DNA of 64,000 bases. It comes from an uncultured Acidobacteriota bacterium. Lineage in GTDB: Bacteria; Acidobacteriota; Thermoanaerobaculia; Multivoradales; JAHEKO01. Made by a program: the position numbers and the translations under genes. Positions 54,031-62,159 of the stretch are shown here, one piece after another; within the stretch, counting starts at the first letter, position 1, and each line of letters opens with the position of its first letter. Below the pieces are notes generated by a model. That model was not told where the DNA came from. It made no database searches and was given only the letters and a program-made list of their open reading frames with translations. The stretch is taken from NCBI GenBank assembly GCA_963713825.1, contig CAVQNG010000003.1, positions 1,760,001 through 1,824,000 on the forward strand. Direction: 5' to 3'.

Positions 54031-56904
54031 CTACCTCCACACTCTTGGGCCCCAAGGCACCATTCGGGTCTGTGCGAGGCCCAGGAAGAAGCGCGCCAGG
54101 CTCTCGTCCGGCTCGTAGGGCCGTCCCTGACCCAGGGACTCCGGCCACTCCATGGCCGCCAGCAGGTGCTCCTCGGCCAGCGGATAGTCTCCAGTGGCGA
54201 GAGCTTCCAGGGCCACCTGCGTGTGCGCCTGCTCCCAGAGTTGATGGCTGTCTCGCGCGTTTTCGGAGGGCAGGACCTGCACGTTCGACAGAATCTCGAC
54301 AGCCGCCGCTGCCTGGTCCGTCCGGATGAACGCCTTGGCCTCCAGTAGTGCGAGATTGAAGTCGTTGGGGAAGCGGTTGCGTGCCTCCTCCAGAGCGGTC
54401 AGTGATGCCTCCCATTCGCCCTGGTCCTGGAGGTGTCGAACCAAATAGACATGCAGCACCCGAGTCTCGGGGTCCAACGACACCGCCCTGCGAAGGTCCG
54501 CGGTTCGGTGGGCACCCTGGGTCTGGTGGAGCAAGAAGCTCCTGGCGACGTAGAACGGCGCGAAGTCCGGCCGGTCGCTCAGGTCGTTCATGAGCGAGAT
54601 CGCCTCAGAGTTACGGTCCACGGCCCAGAGATTCAGGGCATGGAGGTAGGTCCAGACCCAATGCTCGCTGTACTCATCCGCCCAGTCGAGGACAGGTAGG
54701 GATTCCCGGCGATACGGGAATTGGTAGGCAACTTCGGGTTCCTTGGCAAGCGCACTCGGTTCGCCTTGAAGAAAGGCCTTCCATGCTTGGTGAACCGCGC
54801 CGCGCTCTGTACCGGCAACGCTCAGGATCGCCAACGCATCAGCCGACAGGCCGAGGTTGACGTAGCCCATGGCGAGCTCCAGCAAACTCTGGTCCGGATA
54901 CTCGCCTCCAAGTCTGCCAGCCAATGTCTCGGCGGTTGCTGGGGACGGTGTCTGCAGGTACTTCTCGGCGAAGGCAAAGTGGTGCATGGGGTCGACGGCA
55001 AGCAACTCGCGGAGCGCATTGGCGGCGAGCGTGGTGTCGCCAGTCTTCCGGCCAATGACGGCCAGCGCCCTCCATGCCGGAATGCTGTGGCGGTCGAAGT
55101 CGATCGCCAGCCGTGCATAGCGCGCGGCCTCCGAGAAGCTCTCCTCACCAATCATCAACTCTGCCAGCTGAGCATAGGCCGCAGATCGGTAGGCGGTGGA
55201 GCGGGCAGCCCATCCGAACGCGTCCCGGGCATCAGCGGTCTTGCCGATGGCTCGGTACAGCGAACCCGCGAGGAAATTGGCTTGGCCGTCGTAGGCGTCG
55301 AGTTGGAGGACTCGGTCCGCGTGCTCCAGGCCGGTCTCGTATAGGCCGGCCCGGAAGGAGAGGTCAGCCATGCCCAAGAGCGCCTCACGCTGCCAGGGCT
55401 CGGTATCCAGAGCTGCCTGGAAGAGCTCTCGTGCTTCGGCATACTGCCGACCTTTCAGGAGCTCCCGAGCCTGAAAAGCCCTTCGGTCGGCCTCTGGGAT
55501 GCTCTTGACGGCAGCCGGGTCGGTGGAGAACGGCCGGGACAGAAGCCGCGATTCCGGGTCCGAGTTGTAGTCCAGGTCCAGCCCGGCGAGCTGAACCCGG
55601 TAGTGATTCTCACCTGCCAGATCTACGGCCGCTTGCACACGACCCAAGGGAGCCAGCGCCGCCGGAATCTCGGCCGCGAGCTTCTCGCCCACCCAGATAC
55701 GCAGGGTGTCGGTCACTTCACGCAATGCGATCACGTCGACGGTGAGTTGCCCTTCTTCGACCCCGATGTGCATGGCGCCGTCCCGAGAGGCGTCGGTGAG
55801 TCCCCCGATTTCCTCTAAAGGGAACCAGGTCTCGGTCCACCGACTGGCCGACATCGGATCGAAGGTCGCCTGGGTGATGGGGTTCACTTCCTCGGTGGGG
55901 GCGTACTGGACGAACAGCCGGCCGGCCTGGAACTCCACGTACTGGCCGTCGGTGTCGGTGAGCAGTTCCTCCCAGACGCCGCCCTCGCGCGACAGCGCCC
56001 AGAGCCAGAGCTTTTGACCAGGCATCTCCTCGTGACGAGCCCAGTGGCCGAACCCGTAGTCGTCGTCCAGGTAATAGCCGCCGAAGAAGTCGTTGAGCTC
56101 GCCGACCACGTGGTAGGACTTGTGGCTCTCGAAGGTGTTGTTGCGGTAGAGCGGCAGGAACCGACCCTGGTCATCGATGGGCCAACTCCGTTCGGCTCCC
56201 GAGTGCTTCAAGTAGCGGTCCCCGGTTATGGCCATCTCGAGATCGTCCTGGGCGAAGGCCGCCGCCGTCATCCAGTTGTAGTAGGGCTGTTCGAGAGGCG
56301 TAGGGTTGTACCAGACGACGTTGGTTTCGAAGTAAGCCGCGTCTGCAGGGAGGCGGATCTCCACCCGCCAGTGGGTCCGCGATGGCAGGTCCATGCCGCC
56401 CACGAAACAGCTCACGCTACCGTCGTCGTTGTCTCGCAGGAGATAGTCCACTGGGGTTGCAGTGGCCGGCGTGTGGCCGATGACGCCGAAGTTGAACTCG
56501 ATGCCGCCGGAGGTCCATGGGCCACGCAGGGCGATGTTGCGGAACTTCATCACCTCGTTGCGGTAGATGAACTCGTGGCCCGTCTCCTTGACGACCGCGC
56601 CCCAGATCTTGCCGCCGACCTCCGGCAGGACGAACACCTCGATGTAGTCGTTCTCCAGCCGGACGACTTTCCAGTCCCGCGGCTCGGAGGCGACCGAGTA
56701 GCCCTCGAACGAGTGGTAGGGATAAAGCCGGGAATCCTTCGTCAGGATGGGGACCGGATTCGGCTCCGAGAACGGATAGGTCTCGAGAGTCAGCACCTCT
56801 TCCGAGATGCGAGCGGCCTGGGCTTGGGCCGCGATCGGCACGCAGGCAATGAGGCCGCAGAGCGCTGCGAGCAGTGGCAGGCTCGTGCGGTTCGACCGGG
56901 TCAT
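54031..56904 (-). CDS. DUF5107 domain plus TPR protein, secreted
   Basis: Signal peptide; LENDYIEVFVLPEVGGKIW, SGGIEFNF, GQKLWLW and YVEFQAG, followed by TPR helices. Confidence 0.82.
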   Translation of the reverse strand: MTRSNRTSLPLLAALCGLIACVPIAAQAQAARISEEVLTLETYPFSEPNPVPILTKDSRLYPYHSFEGYSVASEPRDWKVVRLENDYIEVFVLPEVGGKIWGAVVKETGHEFIYRNEVMKFRNIALRGPWTSGGIEFNFGVIGHTPATATPVDYLLRDNDDGSVSCFVGGMDLPSRTHWRVEIRLPADAAYFETNVVWYNPTPLEQPYYNWMTAAAFAQDDLEMAITGDRYLKHSGAERSWPIDDQGRFLPLYRNNTFESHKSYHVVGELNDFFGGYYLDDDYGFGHWARHEEMPGQKLWLWALSREGGVWEELLTDTDGQYVEFQAGRLFVQYAPTEEVNPITQATFDPMSASRWTETWFPLEEIGGLTDASRDGAMHIGVEEGQLTVDVIALREVTDTLRIWVGEKLAAEIPAALAPLGRVQAAVDLAGENHYRVQLAGLDLDYNSDPESRLLSRPFSTDPAAVKSIPEADRRAFQARELLKGRQYAEARELFQAALDTEPWQREALLGMADLSFRAGLYETGLEHADRVLQLDAYDGQANFLAGSLYRAIGKTADARDAFGWAARSTAYRSAAYAQLAELMIGEESFSEAARYARLAIDFDRHSIPAWRALAVIGRKTGDTTLAANALRELLAVDPMHHFAFAEKYLQTPSPATAETLAGRLGGEYPDQSLLELAMGYVNLGLSADALAILSVAGTERGAVHQAWKAFLQGEPSALAKEPEVAYQFPYRRESLPVLDWADEYSEHWVWTYLHALNLWAVDRNSEAISLMNDLSDRPDFAPFYVARSFLLHQTQGAHRTADLRRAVSLDPETRVLHVYLVRHLQDQGEWEASLTALEEARNRFPNDFNLALLEAKAFIRTDQAAAAVEILSNVQVLPSENARDSHQLWEQAHTQVALEALATGDYPLAEEHLLAAMEWPESLGQGRPYEPDESLARFFLGLAQTRMVPWGPRVWR

Positions 56905-57101
56905 GGGAGGTCGGAGAGAAGACTGTCTCGAAGATGCGTTAGTGCGGGAGCTTCGGCCCCTGGAGGCAGGTTACCGAGGCCTCAGAGACGGTGTCAATTC
57001 AGGGGTGACCTCCTTCACTGTGGATTCTGTAACCCTTTGCGACAATGGATTTCGACAGGTTGACGATTCTGACAACCGCGCCACTCCCGGGAGGGTCCGC
57101 G

Positions 57102-58079
57102 ATGCTCAGACCACGGGTTCGTCTCCGCGCAGTAGCACTCGCTCCAGTGTTGGTCTTTCTCCTCGCCACTTCGGCCACAAGAGGCCAGATGCTCGTGGAT
57201 CACTCCTGCACGGATCTCGACGTAGTGCCCGACACAGCGATCACCAAGGCTGCTGCCGATCTTCATATCGCCTACAACCACACCAGCCACGGTAGCCAGC
57301 TCGTGAGCGGCATGAATGCGCTCGCGAGCTTTCCCGACTACGGCGATACCTACCAATGGTCGGACAACGGCACGGCGGGGCTCGATCTCGATGACTACGG
57401 CATCCCCTGCAACGATTCCGATCTGAGTCAGGGCGACTACATCGATGGGAATGGGGTCACCCCATGGGTGACGTGCACGCGGGCGTTTCTAGACAATGCT
57501 GCCAACGCCCACATCAACGTCGTCATGTGGTCGTGGTGCAGCATTCACGGGCACGATGCCCAGCGGTACGTGGAAAACATGGAGATCCTCGTCACCGAGT
57601 ACCCGAACGTTGACTTCGTCTTCATGACCGGCCACGCGCAGGGCCAGGGTGAGGACATGACCCCCGACAGCGTGCACTACAACAACCAGCTCATTCGTGC
57701 ACACACTCAGGCCCACGGCCGCATCCTGTTCGACTTCGCCGACATCGAGGCCTACGATCCCGACGAGGCCTACTTCTGGGACCTGTTTCTCCAGGACAAC
57801 CTGGATTACAACGGCGGAAACTGGGCGGTGGAGTGGATCAGTGCCAACCCCGGATCCGAGCTCGACCAACTTACGACCGGCGATGGAGTCAACGGCTACG
57901 ACGGCCTCGGCAGTTGTGCCCATTCCGCCTCGCCGTCAGATGCGACCCTGAATTGCATCCTCAAGGGGCGCGCCGCCTGGTGGATGTTCGCAGAGCTGGC
58001 GGGCTGGCGACCGGGCCTCGTCTTCGGAGATGGCTTCGAGACCGGCGGCACTTCTGCGTGGTCCGCCACATCACCGTAG
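57102..58079 (+). CDS. Secreted hypothetical protein with C-terminal FGDGFE..W motif
   Basis: GGGAGG RBS; signal peptide; HTSHGSQL, MWSWC, FVFMTGH and LFDFADIE; ends VFGDGFETGGTSAWSATSP. Confidence 0.8.
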   Translation: MLRPRVRLRAVALAPVLVFLLATSATRGQMLVDHSCTDLDVVPDTAITKAAADLHIAYNHTSHGSQLVSGMNALASFPDYGDTYQWSDNGTAGLDLDDYGIPCNDSDLSQGDYIDGNGVTPWVTCTRAFLDNAANAHINVVMWSWCSIHGHDAQRYVENMEILVTEYPNVDFVFMTGHAQGQGEDMTPDSVHYNNQLIRAHTQAHGRILFDFADIEAYDPDEAYFWDLFLQDNLDYNGGNWAVEWISANPGSELDQLTTGDGVNGYDGLGSCAHSASPSDATLNCILKGRAAWWMFAELAGWRPGLVFGDGFETGGTSAWSATSP

Positions 58080-58101
58080 GAAATGAGGTGCCTGTCACCG
58101 A

Positions 58102-58635
58102 TTAGTGGGAGGGGACGCGCTTCCAGGCGAAGGGCACCTCTTGCACTCCATCCTTCGTGTGCATCGCCAGGTAGACCTGGATCTCGTCGGGCCCGCGGCG
58201 CTGGTAGGTGAGGCCATCGAACCACGCGTGATCCTTGTTGAAGGCAACCAGCGGGAAATCGACTGTCTCGTCCTTCTCCTCCCAGCCAGTCAGGTCGGAG
58301 TTGAAGTGCTTCAGACGGAGGAGCACGGTCTCATCCTCCTCAGTCAAGGTGAAGATCTCGTAGAACGCTGCTTCTCCGTCTTTGACGAGGCGGAACATGC
58401 CGACCATGGTGCCGCTGGCAGGAGCACTCCAGATCTCGTTGGCGGTGCCACCGAGGGCCTCGGCCTGCCAATGGCCTTCGAGCCAGGCGAAGTCGGTGAC
58501 CTTCGCGGCCGGTCCCTTGGCCCCTTCCGCCAGCTGTAGGGTGTGCTCGGTCAGCTTCTCCTGGGCTGAAAGGAACGAGGTTGAACAGATAAGCAGCGCT
58601 GAGAGTCCCGCGGCGACTCGAGATAACCTAGACAT
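58102..58635 (-). CDS. DUF6265-like secreted protein
   Basis: AGGAGG RBS; signal peptide; AWLEGHW, EIWSAP..GTMVGMFR and LKHFNSDLTGWEEK. Confidence 0.8.
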   Translation of the reverse strand: MSRLSRVAAGLSALLICSTSFLSAQEKLTEHTLQLAEGAKGPAAKVTDFAWLEGHWQAEALGGTANEIWSAPASGTMVGMFRLVKDGEAAFYEIFTLTEEDETVLLRLKHFNSDLTGWEEKDETVDFPLVAFNKDHAWFDGLTYQRRGPDEIQVYLAMHTKDGVQEVPFAWKRVPSH

Positions 58636-58700
58636 CCCTACCTCCTGTTCCTGCATCCTGCGAAAGAGTGAAATTGGCCGCATTGTACGACACCGTAGGC

Positions 58701-59735
58701 TCACCAATCTCGCCCAAGATCGACCATGCGTGCTACGAGCTCGCGCCCAAAGGAGGGATTGACGTCGCTACAGTAGGTCACAGAAGTAGACTGCTCGAGA
58801 TTGTGTGAGACCTCCAGAGCGTCTCGCGCGAAGAGCAATGATCGCTGCTTCTGGACGCGAGCTGGAATTGGCTCGCAAACGAAGTCTTGCCGATCGATGA
58901 CGTAGCCAACAGCCAGACTGTCAAACGGGTAGAAGCCTTCGGTGCCCAGATGCTCCAACCAGAACCGCATCCAGCCTCGACTCATCACCGCCAGCCATTG
59001 GGCGACCCCTCCACTTGATGAAAGGAGCGAAAGGTCGGTTGGAGTGACCGTCACCCTCTGAGCTGCCTCGAACGGGAGGAGGCTCAACGCAACGCCCGAG
59101 CTCAGGATTGCCTCGAATGCGGCAGGGTCCTGGGTGAAGTTGAAATCATGAAAGTGGAGCAGCCCGCTCGTGCCCGGAAACAGACGTCGTTGCGATGGCC
59201 TCGTCCCTCCAACGGCGACGATCTGCTGGATATTGTCAGCGACTTGAGGATGTTGAGCCAACAAGGCTGCTACATTTGTCAGCGGTCCCAACGCCAGAAT
59301 CGTCAACTGGCCCTGGTCCAGTGCCGTGGCGATCGCCGCGATCGCTGGTCTAGCAGCTCCACCGCCGGCCTGCTGAGAGCCCCGGTGCACGGGGGGCAAA
59401 TCCTCGCCGCCACTCTCGGCCCATTGATCGAGGACCGTTCGAGTGACGGCGAAGACCGTTTCCTCATCCACGTTGCCGAAGACGGTGCTGATCCCATGGA
59501 TTGTCAACTCTGGCGAGCTCAATGCCAACAGGAGAGCCCAGCAGTCATCCGCGTCGGCCGTCGCTGCTTGACCGCAAGCCGCGTCGGTGTCGATCCACAC
59601 CGATGTGGGAGCGCCGGCTGGAGAGGCCGGAGCTGCCTGACAGAGCGACGCCAGGACAAGGAAGACAAGGCTCCGGGCGAGGCCGGCCAGGCTTCCAAGA
59701 CGGACTTCATGCGGCCAAGCGACAGACAGTCTCAT
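58701..59735 (-). CDS. Nucleoside hydrolase (IUNH family), predicted secreted
   Basis: WIDTD...DADD, ISTVFGN, LGPLTNVA and FNFTQDPAA. Confidence 0.87.
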   Translation of the reverse strand: MRLSVAWPHEVRLGSLAGLARSLVFLVLASLCQAAPASPAGAPTSVWIDTDAACGQAATADADDCWALLLALSSPELTIHGISTVFGNVDEETVFAVTRTVLDQWAESGGEDLPPVHRGSQQAGGGAARPAIAAIATALDQGQLTILALGPLTNVAALLAQHPQVADNIQQIVAVGGTRPSQRRLFPGTSGLLHFHDFNFTQDPAAFEAILSSGVALSLLPFEAAQRVTVTPTDLSLLSSSGGVAQWLAVMSRGWMRFWLEHLGTEGFYPFDSLAVGYVIDRQDFVCEPIPARVQKQRSLLFARDALEVSHNLEQSTSVTYCSDVNPSFGRELVARMVDLGRDW

Positions 59736-60288
59736 AGCGCGTCGTCGAGCGACTCTGGTGAATTGGGGTGAGACCCTCCCGAAGCCGGAGCGCTTCGAGC
59801 TCTCTGATTGTGGGGAAACCCGCGTGGCGACGGACTATCGCGCGTCCGATCGCGGCTATCCAACCTGGGCAGACGAGATCGGTATAGAGGAAATACCCGT
59901 CGGGCTTCAGAACCCGCACCATTTCTGCCAACAGTGACTGCCACTCCGGAACATGGTGCGTGACCATATTGGTCGACACGATGTCAAAGGCGTTGTCATC
60001 GAACGGCAGCTGCGTTGCGTCGAGAGTCAAGAAGCGAGCGCTCTCCAGTTCGGAGCTGTCCGCTTGTGCGATGCGGATCTGTGCGGGGTCTACATCGACG
60101 CCCGCGATTTCGAGTCCGAGCGTCCTGGCGAGATGGATCGGTGCGGCTCCGTTCCCACACCCGACATCGAGGTATCGCATCCCCGGTCGAGGATCGGCAA
60201 ATCGGACCATCTCTTCGGCATGCCTGGCCACCTTGTCACTGTGGCCCCTACCGTTGACGAAGTGTTTTTCCAGTTTGCTCATTCTCAT
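59707..60288 (-). CDS. Class I SAM-dependent methyltransferase
   Basis: LDVGCGNG, DATQLPFDDNAFD and RVLKPDG. Confidence 0.9.
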   Translation of the reverse strand: MRMSKLEKHFVNGRGHSDKVARHAEEMVRFADPRPGMRYLDVGCGNGAAPIHLARTLGLEIAGVDVDPAQIRIAQADSSELESARFLTLDATQLPFDDNAFDIVSTNMVTHHVPEWQSLLAEMVRVLKPDGYFLYTDLVCPGWIAAIGRAIVRRHAGFPTIRELEALRLREGLTPIHQSRSTTRYETVCRLAA

Positions 60289-60457
60289 GTCATCTGCCTC
60301 CTTTCCGAAGCGGGACGTCCAGCACATCGGCGGTTTCCGAAGGCGAGGTCCCGTTGTATGACAAGAGAATGCCAGCCGAGCGACTCGACCGCATTGACGG
60401 TGAGTGCCGTATTTCTTGCCCAGACCGGCCAGATCTGGGCAAGGCAGTTGGCGAGAT

Positions 60458-61507
60458 CTACGGCGTTGGGTCTGGTGGCATGGCGGCTGAAGCGGCTGCG
60501 GCCTGTGCCTGGAACTCAGCTGGCGTCGTCCCTGTCCACCTCCTGAAGGCCCGATAGAAGGCGCTGAGCTCCGAGAATCCCACCAGGAATGCGACCTCGG
60601 CGATGCTGCAACGCCGATTGGTAAGGAGGTCGGCGGCCCGTTCTCGTCGCAGCTGCTCGAGCAGCACGCGAAAGCTGGTGTCCTCTTGGCGTAGGCCTCG
60701 GTGAAGAGTTCGAACGCTCATGTTGAGACTGTCGGCGACCTGACGCGCGGTTGGTGCACCCGAGCTCAGCGCTTCGACGAGTTGCTCCCGAACTCTGCCG
60801 CTGAGAGTCGAGCGAGACGGGGCCCACTGCAAGGTCGTCTCCGCGTAGCGGTCCATCATTCGGACCAGAGCCGTGTCGGCCCGAGAGTTGGGGATATCGA
60901 GGATCGTATTGGGCACGTGCAGCGCTGTCCGGCCACTCGAAAACAGCACGCCCTCCCCAAAGAGACGTCGGTGCTCCGAGATGTCGGCCGGAGCCTGGTG
61001 TGCGAAACAGACGCGACTTGGCAGCCAGTCTCGTCCCGCGACCAGCCGTCCGAAACGTACCCAGGCGGTTACGAGGAATTCTGCCGGCTGTTGCCCCACC
61101 GCCAGTCCACCGGGCAGGGAATGACTGAGAATTGCTTCTTGTATTCCCTCTTTGAGTGAGAGATCGGTGCCTTCGTGAATAAGACGTTGGTAGCGACAGG
61201 CCCGGTGGTAGGCATCGCGCAGCGTTGGACTGGAAAGGACAGCATAGGCGTGCACCTCGAAGGATCCGACCGGGGCTGCCTCCGCGAGGTGAATGCCCAC
61301 GTGCTCGTCACCTGTTGCTTCGCGCGCCACCTCCCACAGAGCCATCATCGACTCCAATGGTACGGTTCCCTCGGGATCTCCATCCACCGTATCGCGCGGT
61401 ATGGAAGCTTCGGCGAGAATCGAATCAACTGGGTGGCCGAGAGCCTCCAGGCCCGCGACCACCGGTTGGAGTCCTCGTACTGTGAGATGTGACTTCCACG
61501 CTATCAT
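60458..61507 (-). CDS. AraC-family regulator (OruR/VqsM-like N-terminal domain)
   Basis: SSPTLRDA; MSVRTLHRGL; SIAEVAFLVGFSELSAFYRAFRRWTGTTP. Confidence 0.93.
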   Translation of the reverse strand: MIAWKSHLTVRGLQPVVAGLEALGHPVDSILAEASIPRDTVDGDPEGTVPLESMMALWEVAREATGDEHVGIHLAEAAPVGSFEVHAYAVLSSPTLRDAYHRACRYQRLIHEGTDLSLKEGIQEAILSHSLPGGLAVGQQPAEFLVTAWVRFGRLVAGRDWLPSRVCFAHQAPADISEHRRLFGEGVLFSSGRTALHVPNTILDIPNSRADTALVRMMDRYAETTLQWAPSRSTLSGRVREQLVEALSSGAPTARQVADSLNMSVRTLHRGLRQEDTSFRVLLEQLRRERAADLLTNRRCSIAEVAFLVGFSELSAFYRAFRRWTGTTPAEFQAQAAAASAAMPPDPTP

Positions 61508-61692
61508 GTGGTGACCTACTTGGGAGTTGTCAGTGGGTCAGTATAGTCGCTCATGGATCGCGAACTCCGGGCGATGTGGCTGAAACCTGGTGAGATCCGC
61601 CAAGGTCTTCTGGAGCATGATAGGGATGCGCCCAGCAGAAAGGATGCCATGTAGAATCCTGCTATCCCTTATCGAGTTGAAATGAGGTGAAC

Positions 61693-62157
61693 ATGGCGGA
61701 GACCATCCAGTTCCGACTCAACGGCCAGCAGAAGACGGTGGAGACCGACGGAGACCGTAAGCTCCTGTGGGTGCTGCGGACGGATCTCGGATTGACCGGT
61801 ACCAAGTACGGTTGCGGTGAGAGCCTCTGCGGCTCGTGCACGGTAGTTGTGGATGGAGAGGCGGTGCGAACCTGCCAGCTTCCCGTTTCTGCTGTGCAGG
61901 GCAAGGAGGTCCTGACGATCGAAGGCCTTGCCAGCGGCAAGAATCTCCATCCTCTGCAGGAGGAGTTCGCCGATCGAGGGGCTCTGCAGTGCGGCTTCTG
62001 CACTCCAGGGATGATCATGAATGCCTACGGACTGATCCTCTCCAAGAAGCCGTTGTCCCGCGGTGAGATCGTCGAGGGCATGGAGGAGAACCTCTGTCGC
62101 TGTGGTGCTCATCAACGGATCGTCGAGGCGATCGAAGCCGCTTCGAGGAGGGTATAG
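61693..62157 (+). CDS. (2Fe-2S)-binding small subunit of a xanthine dehydrogenase-family oxidoreductase (IorA/CoxS-like)
   Basis: GTKYGCGESLCGSCTV, QCGFCTPG and NLCRC; GAGG RBS. Confidence 0.95.
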   Translation: MAETIQFRLNGQQKTVETDGDRKLLWVLRTDLGLTGTKYGCGESLCGSCTVVVDGEAVRTCQLPVSAVQGKEVLTIEGLASGKNLHPLQEEFADRGALQCGFCTPGMIMNAYGLILSKKPLSRGEIVEGMEENLCRCGAHQRIVEAIEAASRRV

Positions 62158-62159
62158 AG

